DNA of 51,483 bases from positions 1-51,483 of the forward strand of contig JAGLMD010000020.1 of the NCBI GenBank assembly GCA_023140175.1. Direction: 5' to 3'. Positions 12,701-19,103 of this stretch are shown here, in pieces. Every line of letters starts with the position of its first letter. Within the stretch, counting starts at the first letter, position 1. A program made the position numbers and the translations under genes. The stretch is from Nanobdellota archaeon (GTDB lineage: Archaea > Nanobdellota > Nanobdellia > Woesearchaeales > WJIZ01). A model generated the notes under the pieces. It ran no database searches and was not told the origin of the DNA. It saw nothing but the letters and a program-made list of their open reading frames with translations.

Positions 12701-15700
12701 AAAAATGCATGTAGTGATACAGAGGGCATTAGTCCATTTAATTGCAGCTGGAACCTGGCCATATTACCAGACGGAAATTACTATCAGATTCGGGTTTATG
12801 CAAATGACAGCTTAGGCAATATAGGAAACAATTATACAACCCACAATATAACAATAGATAGAAAGCCCCCTATTATTTATCTTGAAAGCCCGCAAAACAA
12901 CACATGGAGCAGGGAGAATGTAACATTCTACTACAATGTCTCAGACAAAACATCAAATATTGCCAATTGCAGCTTAATAATCAACGGAATAATAAACCAA
13001 ACAAATATCTCACTAAGTGAAGACATAAGTTTAAACTTCACCATAAATAGCTTTAATGACGGAAACTATAATTGGAGCATAAATTGTACCGATGCTTTAG
13101 GTAATCAAAACAATTCAGAGACAAGAATAATAAAAATAGATAACACCCCGCCAAATGTTATTTTAGACAACCCCAAAAACTTCACAAATATTTCTGCTGC
13201 CAGCTATACTATCAATGCTTCAGCAGCAGACTCAGGCATAGGTGTTAATGCAACGGTATTTTATTATAGAGAGAACAGCACTGCCCAGTGGAATTTAATA
13301 TGTACCAATGAAACCTTGCCTTATAGATGCTCATGGGACACCGGCTCTTTGACAGAAGGCAATAATTATCAAGTTAAAGTTCATGCAAATGACAGCTTAG
13401 GCAATGTAGGTTTAAATGATACCCATTATAATATAACAATTGATAGAACTCCGCCGACAATAAACTTATTTGAGCCAGCTAATGATGAGCAGGATACTGA
13501 TGGAACTATTATTTTCAAATATAACGCAACAGATACACTTTTAGGAATAACCAACTGCAGCTTAATAATTAATGATACTATTAATCGAACCAACCACACA
13601 ATTACAGAAGGTATTAGTCAAAACTTTACATTAACCAATGTAGCAAATGGTGATTATACATGGAACATTAATTGCACAGATTCAGCAGGAAATCAAGATA
13701 GCTCAGAAATAAGAAACCTGACAGTAAACCCTGACACAGACCCCCCAATTATTAATTTAACTTCTCCAAAAGATGCACTTACTCTGTCTTATAATGATAT
13801 AACTTTCAGCTTTAATGTAAGTGATGCTTTATCTGGTATTGCAAATTGCAGTTTGATTATCAATGGCACAGTAAACCAGACTAATCAAACTGCAATTACT
13901 AAAGATCAAATAAATAGTATTTTTACTATTGATGATATGCCAGACGGCGATTATTTATGGAACATAACATGTACAGATACAGCCTCAACCCCAAATATTG
14001 GATATAGTAAAACATTCGAACTGACCATACAGGAAGCAACTACCCTAATAGTTAACCTAAGCTTAGACAGGTCTTCTTATGAAAGCACAGCCACATCTGG
14101 AGAACTGGCAAACATATCTACATCAACAGAAGATCAATTCGGCAACACCAGAATTACTAATATCACAGTAAGCATAATTAAAGCAAACACAACAATTCCC
14201 TGGTGGAACTCCAGTTATCATTACAGGCGAATTATAAACATATCTAATAACTATAATGGAACCCTGGAAACTGATTATACTATAAACCATACCATAGATA
14301 CTCAAATTCTCATAAATGACAGTAAGATTCAGGCAAGTGGCTCTGATTTAAGGATAGCATTCTGGAACAATGGAACAAATAGCTGGCAAGAGCTTGACAG
14401 AATAGTATCCGGCATTAACACAACCAACACAAGTATATTATTCAAGACCCAAAAAAATATCTCCACGAACACATCAGACTCAAGCTATTATGTCTACTAT
14501 GGCAATTTAAGTGTAACAAGCCCGCCAGAAAATAAATCAAAAGTATATTTCTATTATGACAGTTTTGACGATGACACAAGAAGCAGATATAATACAACAC
14601 TAGCATTTGATGATCCATTTAATACTCTTCAGGCCGCTGATGAAGATGATGATTCGACCATAACACACAATGCAACAGGAGGAAATATCAGATATACTGG
14701 GACAGGAGGAAGAGGAAAATCTATAAGAGTAGAAACATTATCTATAAAAGACCTTATCATTGAAGTTGAACAGAATTTTGATTATTATCCAGATGGCTTA
14801 ACTGTATTTTTCCAGTTAGGTGCCAGGATAACCGGAACTAGCTATTATTTCTTTAATATTCCAAATGAAGATCTCTATGATGAAGAAACACAGATCGCAA
14901 GATATAATGACGGGATAAAGTCTAGTCTATTTAATAAAAAGTTGCAGCAATACTCAGATGATACATACTATAAATTCAAGTTCATGGTATATGATATAAA
15001 TTCCAGCACTACAGCATTAAGAGTCTTTATGGATGATACAGAAGTCTTGAGCCATAATGATTCTGCTGCTAATAGGATCACAGATCCTGGCAGTTTTGGT
15101 ACAGGCAGTGTTCAATTTGTAGGAAACTGGGATAATCTAACAGTCAAAAGATACATCTTAGATGAACCAACATCTGCATCAGGCAGTGAAGAAGAAAGGA
15201 TTGAAATAAGAAACAGCGAAACAGATTCTGATGGAATATATCAATTTTTCTTTAATACAACAAACAAAACTTATGCAAACTATAGTGTCATATCCTTAGC
15301 TGCTAAACCCCCTTACTATAGTAATGGCATCGGCGTTAAATTCTTCGAGATAAGATCAGATACAACACACCCAACTATTACCCTAAATTACCCAACAATC
15401 TTCTTAAATCTGACAGATATGTCAATAAATTTCAACTGGACAGCAGATGACAGGATTGATAGAAACATAACATGTAATTTAACCATCAACGGTAAAGTCA
15501 ATATATCAGATATAGATAGCCTGGACGAGACACCAATAAATTATACTATAAACAACATAGCTGAAGGAACGCATTATTGGAACATAACTTGTATAGACGA
15601 CCATAATAACACAAATACCAGTTTAACTTACTCCCTTACCATTATTGATGAGCCAAAGAATCTAAATGCCAGTTTATCATCAGATAATGTGAGTATAATA

Positions 15701-16531
15701 ATAAACTGGACAGGTAAAACCTACTCAGCCACTTACAACATACATATAGTTGATGATTATACTACCCCATTCTCAACAACACCAAATGTAACAGGAATAA
15801 CTGGCTTGAATTGGACAGACAAAAATGCTAATCAATCTACAAAAAGATTCTACAAAGTCACAACTATTAGGGGAAATGCCAATAAAACCACCTCAAAAAC
15901 AGTAGGAAAGTATGAAGTTGAACTATTAAATAATTCAGAATCTGGCACAGACTGGAACTTAATAAGCATACCATTTAAACTAAATAAATGGGAATTAAAT
16001 AATGGAACTAACAATGGTTATGATTTTCCTGTCAAACCGGCAAGATGCATAATTACCCTATGGAGATACAACGATTCTATAGGTTGGGAAAGGACAAATT
16101 ATGATAATGGAAACTGGAGTCCTGCAACAGAAAGCGATAATTTTACAAGATTAGAGCAGGGAAAAGGCTATTGGGTTGAGGTTAATAAATCATGCAACCT
16201 TACTTTTATTGGAGAAGTACCGACAGAAGATACCAACTTTAGCTTGTTATCGGGATGGAACATGGTAGGTTGGTACTCAACAAACTCTTCTAACCTGCTG
16301 ATAGTAGGAGAGCCGCCATATTATCCAATAATTGTGGATCCTATAAACTCTGTTGATACAATAGATAAGTACAATACAATTACAGATTCTTTTGAAGTTA
16401 CATTCCATCATAATGGGTGGGGCTGGTGGCCATCCGACGATAATCAAGATTTCACAACAATAAATCCCACAATAGGCTATTATTTCGATGTAAATCAGGC
16501 TGCTTCATGGCAGCACGACCCAAATACATAG
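731..16531 (+). CDS. Giant secreted/cell-surface protein (5,266 aa), multi-module beta-sandwich adhesin-like protein with DUF2341-like and LamG/ConA-like region near the C-terminus
   Basis: Single uninterrupted 15.8-kb ORF. The N-terminus has a basic stretch plus a hydrophobic segment (KKAVLSIVLLISLLTISTIDFTAKAF), i.e. a signal peptide or signal anchor. About 15 or more copies occur of a ~90-100-aa module ending ...NCSLIINGxINQTN...NFT...DGNYNWSINCTDxxGNxxNSExRxIxID. N-x-S/T sequons are extremely dense. WWNSSYHYRRIINISNN...GSDLRIAFWNNGTNSWQELDRIV (about nt 14200-14420) resembles DUF2341 and is followed by a lectin-like stretch. No C-terminal TM helix. Confidence 0.9.
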   Translation: MKAHKKETKSKKAVLSIVLLISLLTISTIDFTAKAFDENISSSLNSLNNSPHITLTDNIQTTTICYGTPKSCYKIKLKPVLKDKDKAIYQIYEKYAYNITEENISSSIDNDKNLGIIDIPDNTDSPIEENTNEEDNNKEDITKGQNLTPESDECCSGLNVTNGLIHSIQIPLTINNISNNISASLDKDTIENKTQVSRTKEENITQLSAEIDKPVRWIKRITVENKENKTRKVNISLKIPIEARNIAIERIGLQKKILAERNKTQKRILQAKVSTDAYFEIKDKQRNEKLLEINDNINKSKIDYEIIFETEPPKKQEIEKGNGVKQVRVYSNSSLHYKDVKASSTIPEHHITPKIYHIINNNKIDVTNNPDYDVKYIDTNNNSLSDRIEWIVPQLSEQLFEIGLAAINTKKSIYHPNETAEIIIVVLDNSGKLVSDADVTTEITNPDNTKYLYSTRLGSIIETKKGIYELNYSNTRLEGNYSMAVYAIGDNVNNTMLSYFTVKEYYEFDILRQTPITTDPWQGEFTSSIRIISFTNTTSFDFSEILPIDFVIIDKGGSTESIVNNKKILIWQNLKNDSIISYSVLPLLISPALYEIGQSQIHYGSKTFTESRPWYLAVDPSPETLYMESGQWSPPTGSTLTDTELGDLNDSDANGLYLDANGVDDFGGTIQNTKPVVQIDTISQVHIIVDWVNLGIDSGELTIQGRDSTSGGTLWCSGTDSGSSPTTIDCDASHPFSAADLDNLYVWVINTGTGNDDARITYLRVEVVYTEIDNPPIWSDNQSNITAIYSPTSASEFNITWNDTFGVDTAWFESNYSGSAINYSMNGISGNQYKDVYNYSAVLPAGTYYWMSHANDTAKQWNNTDKFLFTIARATPLLNLTINGSNNNLTMPEDNSILLNGTIISGDNQNLQMYLNGTLINNNTSPISNNTLFSNPGYYNMTLIYEQSKNYTGTFVTNYVNVTDATPPNITLVGPENNSFTNNANVTFFFNVSDYSEIANCTLDLKGGALTKNKSAIDRTIINNISIGDELPATSLNWTIECIDLSPDRLISYSEAWIVTIDITIPSANYIRPKTPYNNEYLNDSIITINVSHSDDYPDTIWLYLNDTINQTRSYSGSYTNFTLNLSDGAWRFNVTLNDSAGNTRNLSTVNIIVDTEKPTIDFIGPTPDNNTNQSSTDITINVTHIETNPHTISLYLNGIMNQSKSYTGPYTNFSLNNLNDGVYTYYVWLNDSAGNTNQTKVQTIKIDSTPPNLFLISPQNNIWVNNATNTVLFEYNVTDETSEISECSLKINLSSNISNGDLSGSYDSTGGNYTNLTYDDDSYWYMGSDAPFAVIDAFSSIVFNLSSLIINENDVSGLNISLTYCHSRETICDGNNATGNAEIDQNVSFYNYSSGKWITLGHLNFGNGGNETNSSYSAKGAMSDFINDSSNEVKARFRVQFANLNPGSASFLVMDFVRFDVTLGNISMDVSEGITQNFSFTLKSGYYNWKITCLDELNHENSSENKLIKSDLTFPAITNMNANQTNITVNSYICLNVTVSDTFSDVNTTWAKIRDPDNLELNVFLYDNHTTSCDSQINDGTYSREWEVTKQGLYNWTITYANDTAGNLNSSATNLVWNSTSTGSLNVNLLAPAANIKINESEPIINYTYNHICYVECISSSDNCTDVNIYAQYNFSGISDISTSSTYLVNLEDSYSCSNLSPGQECNHTFTIRSDYTGGATIWNILCKASSANFGDYSSTNSINITINDHPIAQFSFPTNGTWLNNIETLNASSSTDDSNITKYIFEIDNNTNFDSSAILCNSADINCTFNTSSQSECDEDTFNCYIRLNVTDSDGLENSTYISIQIDNTKPRASLNSPLNNTWDSDGTIDFTYTPYDTNIHTCILYHNASGLFIANKTNNTVVNGTQDVFSINLSDGNYIWNIWCNDSAGNSAFNNTNYSINVDTTYPKINFAGGTADNNSYFNRDWIYVNITANDDNEANITFYLFNSSKEEINVTTLPAGTRGVNFTELRDTNEVYYYNVTIEDYANNKNSTETRKITLDTKYPSIDFAGGTAGNDSYFNRDWIYVNVSIMDDNTNITIFYLYNSSSNLINSTNFTDGTTYINFTGLTDTNEVYYYNVTHIDKAGFENSTETRNITLDSINPLIGLNEPDNNTLTNNNNLQFNYTPVDTYLKNCSLWGNFSGNWQLNQTNTSPTNGSKNSFNSITLEDGSYVWNVECYDKAGNSAFNSSNYTLEIDTTPPAQFNLVYPPNNTYSTDTTPFFNWSEPSESNFDNYTIIFDDNSDFSSPDKNYSTIGNISNSSFTIPPYNSLDNNTIYYWKVIAYDTLGYSKDSTQVFIYGTDNILPIINLESPQNNSEEAASSIINFQFNVTDANDISNCSLVINGAIDPDDITSNPTRNTTITISRVLSNGFYNWSINCTDIAGNTNKSKTRNLSINVQIPGEIFFETYSSNAASIYLNRTEEGTGYSNSATCRRDQSIEVIEAVTTQGIGKNGFLIKGLQPINFTGHFVNDKAPIITWRLYHDYDNGSGWVQLAQDGNDASGGTGTDVNDIASSVKNSTPAGDIYLNSSGRLRLTANIWYTTGGTSYTCYHYYDNGNSFVKLFGYVLGFLDANISSPLADPELIEGSNFNVSCDIRCDDGWCMNTKVYVQYKTPSTSWTDISTTGNLVLADGETNPQVIGDINLTQKINFSIKANTISRNNAIRCRAESTYSNSTGAVNTTITIRDATYPTVSLNNPQNNSWESDGNVTFYYTPDDNHNVSNCSLIINNKINQTNTTIQNHGSNNFTLTSLNEGSYNWSINCTDSFDNTNSSETWIFNIDTTYPKIFFGNGTEDNNTYFNRDWIYVNVSIIDDNTNITIFYLYNSSFNLINSTNFTDGTTYINFTGLTDINEEYYYNVTHIDKAGNINTTETRKITLDTNNPEIDFAGETEDNNSYFNRDWIYINISASDDNEANITFYLFNSSKEEINVTTLPAGTRSVNFTELTDTNEVYYYNVTIIDKANNINSTETRKITLDTKYPSIDFAGGTADNNTYFNRDWVYVNVSITDDNTNITIFYLYNSSFNLINSTNFTDGTTHINFTGLTDTNEVYYYNVTIFDKANNINSTITRKITLDDTNPRASLNSPLNNTWDSDGTIDFTYTPYDTNIHTCILYHNASSLFIANETNDTVITSTQDVFSISLSDGNYVWNIWCNDSAGNSAFNNTNYSINVDTTYPEIDFAGGTADNDSYFNRGWIYINVTADDDNEANITFYLFNSSKEEINVTTLPAGTRSVNFTELTDTNEVYYYNVTIEDYANNKNSTETRKITLDTSNPQIGFAGGTADNNSYFNRNWIYVNVSIIDDNTNITIFYLYNSSFNLINSTNFTDGTTYINFTGLTDTNEVYYYNVTIFDKANNINSTVTRKITLDTTYPAIEFTDPTQPNNTNQSSVNIIINVTHTEENPNTIILYVNESHNQSRQYSGTYTNFTLTNLNDGTYTYYVWLNDSAANTNRTETRTITIDTTPPVINLINPENNTWRNNESKQVLFEYNASDSLLEIANCSLILNNQINQTNYTLQKDKTLNFTESLANGNHTWSINCSDTVGNINNSEQWLIKVDLTFPRIANINVNVTNASTTTYICLNATITDTGSGVNWTKVYILPPSGKSEPVFLYNNITTSCDQSDTDNVYSAEYRLAEVGEYNWTTIEANDTAGNLNSTVVGLIWDSTTIGTMTVNMTSPTTNLEINESDQGINYTYNQTCAVICDDTPQNCTNVYLYAQYNLSGAADITNTTKYLENYADNYFCGNLTAGNTTPCSYTFTIRSTLDGGARLWNVWCRADSDLVGSYLSDENVNISVNDHPTAAITYPANAAWLHSIERLNAAASSDDQSIINYTFFLDNNSNFSSPSLICSSSQENCSFDTLTQTQCANNSMSCYLQLNVTDSDGLKNSTYITIAIDNDGPAAALDMPSNWTNITANSYKLNATINDTGIGVNVTIFLYRENDTETWKNACSDTEGISPFNCSWNLAILPDGNYYQIRVYANDSLGNIGNNYTTHNITIDRKPPIIYLESPQNNTWSRENVTFYYNVSDKTSNIANCSLIINGIINQTNISLSEDISLNFTINSFNDGNYNWSINCTDALGNQNNSETRIIKIDNTPPNVILDNPKNFTNISAASYTINASAADSGIGVNATVFYYRENSTAQWNLICTNETLPYRCSWDTGSLTEGNNYQVKVHANDSLGNVGLNDTHYNITIDRTPPTINLFEPANDEQDTDGTIIFKYNATDTLLGITNCSLIINDTINRTNHTITEGISQNFTLTNVANGDYTWNINCTDSAGNQDSSEIRNLTVNPDTDPPIINLTSPKDALTLSYNDITFSFNVSDALSGIANCSLIINGTVNQTNQTAITKDQINSIFTIDDMPDGDYLWNITCTDTASTPNIGYSKTFELTIQEATTLIVNLSLDRSSYESTATSGELANISTSTEDQFGNTRITNITVSIIKANTTIPWWNSSYHYRRIINISNNYNGTLETDYTINHTIDTQILINDSKIQASGSDLRIAFWNNGTNSWQELDRIVSGINTTNTSILFKTQKNISTNTSDSSYYVYYGNLSVTSPPENKSKVYFYYDSFDDDTRSRYNTTLAFDDPFNTLQAADEDDDSTITHNATGGNIRYTGTGGRGKSIRVETLSIKDLIIEVEQNFDYYPDGLTVFFQLGARITGTSYYFFNIPNEDLYDEETQIARYNDGIKSSLFNKKLQQYSDDTYYKFKFMVYDINSSTTALRVFMDDTEVLSHNDSAANRITDPGSFGTGSVQFVGNWDNLTVKRYILDEPTSASGSEEERIEIRNSETDSDGIYQFFFNTTNKTYANYSVISLAAKPPYYSNGIGVKFFEIRSDTTHPTITLNYPTIFLNLTDMSINFNWTADDRIDRNITCNLTINGKVNISDIDSLDETPINYTINNIAEGTHYWNITCIDDHNNTNTSLTYSLTIIDEPKNLNASLSSDNVSIIINWTGKTYSATYNIHIVDDYTTPFSTTPNVTGITGLNWTDKNANQSTKRFYKVTTIRGNANKTTSKTVGKYEVELLNNSESGTDWNLISIPFKLNKWELNNGTNNGYDFPVKPARCIITLWRYNDSIGWERTNYDNGNWSPATESDNFTRLEQGKGYWVEVNKSCNLTFIGEVPTEDTNFSLLSGWNMVGWYSTNSSNLLIVGEPPYYPIIVDPINSVDTIDKYNTITDSFEVTFHHNGWGWWPSDDNQDFTTINPTIGYYFDVNQAASWQHDPNT
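6275..7153 (+). repeat. Intragenic segmental duplication copy 1: PRAS-type module plus two 294-bp modules (type A 6566-6859, type B 6860-7153)
   Basis: Aligns in frame with 10088-10963. For example, 6521-6570 (taatgatagtgcaggtaactctgctttcaataatacgaattacagcataaatgtagatac) is almost identical to 10321-10380. Type A translates as DTTYPKINFAGGTADNNSYFNRDWIYVNITANDDNEANITFYLFNSSKEEINVTTLPAGTR... Confidence 0.9.
9203..10084 (+). repeat. Intragenic tandem array of three 294-bp (98-aa) modules in order B-A-B
   Basis: Three consecutive in-frame 98-codon units begin DTTYPKIFFGNG..., DTNNPEIDFAGE... and DTKYPSIDFAGG.... Long nucleotide runs are identical to the modules at 6566-7153 and 10376-10963. Confidence 0.9.
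10088..10963 (+). repeat. Intragenic segmental duplication copy 2: PRAS-type module plus type A (10376-10669) and type B (10670-10963) modules
   Basis: In-frame paralog of 6275-7153, offset 3813 nt with one codon of indel. DTNPRASLNSPLNNTWDSDGTIDFTYTPYDTNIHTCILYHNAS... is repeated almost verbatim. Confidence 0.9.
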
Positions 16532-16589
16532 TATGAACATAGTACAATAGAGAGTACAAAACAACAAGATGTAATAAAAACATAAAAAA

Positions 16590-19103
16590 ATGAATAACAC
16601 AAATAAGAAAGAAAGAAACACAATCAATTATACTGCATATATATTGCTAATTATATTGCTAATATTAATAGTATCAGCAATAACATATTCAATGCCAGTA
16701 CCGCATGGTATTGATGGCAATATCTACGAATTAGATAGTCTGACTCCAGTAGGAAATAATATCGACTTCAGTATCCATGACATAACAACAGGAGAGTTCA
16801 TCCAGGGAAAAACAAAAAACAATGGATACTATTCAGCTGCATTGAATGGTAATAATGGAAACACAATAATAATCAAGACATGGAATAAACATCATTCCTC
16901 AAACAGAACAATCATCCTAAACAGTGTAATGCATAATGTAGATCTATTGCTTAATATGACAATGCCTCAGTTCCCGCCAAATATTACTTCCATCCCTATA
17001 ACAGAAGCAATAGAAGACATGCCCTATACATACCAAATAAAAGCAGAGGATGAAAATAATGATATTTTGACATACTCATTGCTAATCTATCCATATGGAA
17101 TGTATATTAACTCTAACACAGGCCTTATAGAATGGCTGCCAGAAAATGATGATGTAGGTATGCATAATATAATAGTGCAAGTTAGTGATAATATCTATAC
17201 AATAAACCACTCATTCAATATTGATGTTATAAATGTAAATGATCCTCCGGAAATAATTTCAGGAGAAATCATCTCTGCTATTGAGGATCAATTATACAAA
17301 TATGATGTAGAAGCTATTGATGTTGATAATGAGATATTATACTATTATTTAGATGAAAAACCAGATGGAATGAGCATCAATTTAACAACAGGCCTTATAG
17401 AATGGCTGCCAGAAAATGATGATGTGGGTGATAACAACATAACAATAAGAGTAAGTGACGGCAATTTGGACGCAATAAAATCATTCACTATCGAGGTTAT
17501 GAATACAAACGACGAATTTATAATTAATTCTACACCAATAACAACTGCATTAGAAGATGGACTATATACTTATGATGTTGACGCATATGATATTGACAAA
17601 GAGGATATATTAGAATACTCATTAATTGTCTCTCCATTCGGAATGGATATCAACACTTCAACAGGATTAATTAAATGGATTCCTTCAAACGAGCAAGTGG
17701 GTAATAATAGTGTTGTTATACAAATCTCTGACAACACTATATCACAAAATCAATCATTCATTATTAATGTCTTAAATGTTAATGACGCCCCGGATATAAC
17801 CTCACAGCCAATAAGAACAGCATATGTTTCAACAATGTACATATACGATGTAGATGCCTCTGATCCGGATAAGGATATATTAGAATATTCTTTATTAGAA
17901 AAACCAATAAACATGAATATTAATAAACATACTGGCATAATAAAGTGGGTTCCACAAAAAAGCCATATCGGAAATAACACTATAATAATAGAAGTAACTG
18001 ATAAAAATTTGGGCTCTACCCAAATATTCAATATTATTGTATATGATGACGAACAACCCACTATCAAAACTGGAAGCAGTAGAAATAAGCAAACAAAAGA
18101 CAAAGCACCAAAAAATAAGACTTGGGATATAATAGGAATACCAGAAGAACTTTCAACAGAAAAAACCATAATAAGAACCATAAAAAATCCAAGCGAAATG
18201 ATAGAGAGAATCGATATAAAAGGTAAAATAAAACAAGACATTAAAATAAATGTGAAAGAATTGGCAAGAAGGCCCATTAATACAAAAAACTTAGATAAAA
18301 AAGTTTACAGATATATAGAGATGCTTTTTGATTCTGGGAATTCTCAAGCCAAAACAAAAGAAGAAATAGTATATGTAGAGAGCATAAATATACAATTTAA
18401 AGTAGAGAAAGGTTGGTTAGAAGAAAATAAAGCTGAATTCTCAGACATAATATTAAACAGGTATGTAGATAATCAATGGAAAGAGTTGGTAGCTAAATAT
18501 ATAGGAACTAAAAACAATCATATTTACTTTGAGGCAAAAACCCCGGGTTTCAGTTATTTTGCAATATCGCTAAAAGACATAATAAAACCAGATAAAGTGA
18601 CAATAACAGGGCCAAAAGAGCCCCACATTGTATCAGGAATTATATTTAAAAACAATAGAAATGTACAAGTCGGAAATGGAACAGAGATCATAATCACTAA
18701 TAAAGACACCGGCCAGATCTTTAAAGGAAAAACAGGCATCAGCTTAAACTCAGGCCAATATTATCTGATAATTAACGGAAATAAGGGAGATATGATATAT
18801 ATTGAGATAAAAAAATGGGGTAGATCTTTCAAAACACAGTTTACTTTAGAAAGTGATATGAAAGAAGTTGATTTAATACTAACTGATAAAGGCCTATTCC
18901 CAATAACAGGGTATAGCACTATTTATAGTATCTCACCATTAAATCACTTAACCAACAATAGCCCTGCAATTAACTCTATAATTATACTGGCTCTTTTAAC
19001 TATACTTTATTCAATATATATTGCTTATAAAAGAAAAACATTAAAAAAGAAAAACCATCAGGAAAAGAAAGAACAAGACACAAAAAAAGAGGATTTAATA
19101 TGA
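16590..19103 (+). CDS. Surface protein with four cadherin-like / putative-Ig (He_PIG-like) repeats and a PGF-pre-PGF-like domain, C-terminal TM anchor
   Basis: 837 aa with an N-terminal hydrophobic segment (YILLIILLILIVSAITYS). A ~95-aa unit repeats four times (...YTYQIKAEDENNDILTYSLL..P.GM.IN..TGLIEWLPENDDVG.HNI.V.VSD......F.I.V.NVNDPPEI). The FKVEKGWLEENKAEFSDIILNRYVDNQWKELVAKY...FEAKTPGFSYFAI pattern resembles the archaeal PGF-pre-PGF domain. The C-terminus is a TM helix plus a K-rich tail. ATGA start/stop overlap with the next gene. Confidence 0.85.
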   Translation: MNNTNKKERNTINYTAYILLIILLILIVSAITYSMPVPHGIDGNIYELDSLTPVGNNIDFSIHDITTGEFIQGKTKNNGYYSAALNGNNGNTIIIKTWNKHHSSNRTIILNSVMHNVDLLLNMTMPQFPPNITSIPITEAIEDMPYTYQIKAEDENNDILTYSLLIYPYGMYINSNTGLIEWLPENDDVGMHNIIVQVSDNIYTINHSFNIDVINVNDPPEIISGEIISAIEDQLYKYDVEAIDVDNEILYYYLDEKPDGMSINLTTGLIEWLPENDDVGDNNITIRVSDGNLDAIKSFTIEVMNTNDEFIINSTPITTALEDGLYTYDVDAYDIDKEDILEYSLIVSPFGMDINTSTGLIKWIPSNEQVGNNSVVIQISDNTISQNQSFIINVLNVNDAPDITSQPIRTAYVSTMYIYDVDASDPDKDILEYSLLEKPINMNINKHTGIIKWVPQKSHIGNNTIIIEVTDKNLGSTQIFNIIVYDDEQPTIKTGSSRNKQTKDKAPKNKTWDIIGIPEELSTEKTIIRTIKNPSEMIERIDIKGKIKQDIKINVKELARRPINTKNLDKKVYRYIEMLFDSGNSQAKTKEEIVYVESINIQFKVEKGWLEENKAEFSDIILNRYVDNQWKELVAKYIGTKNNHIYFEAKTPGFSYFAISLKDIIKPDKVTITGPKEPHIVSGIIFKNNRNVQVGNGTEIIITNKDTGQIFKGKTGISLNSGQYYLIINGNKGDMIYIEIKKWGRSFKTQFTLESDMKEVDLILTDKGLFPITGYSTIYSISPLNHLTNNSPAINSIIILALLTILYSIYIAYKRKTLKKKNHQEKKEQDTKKEDLI

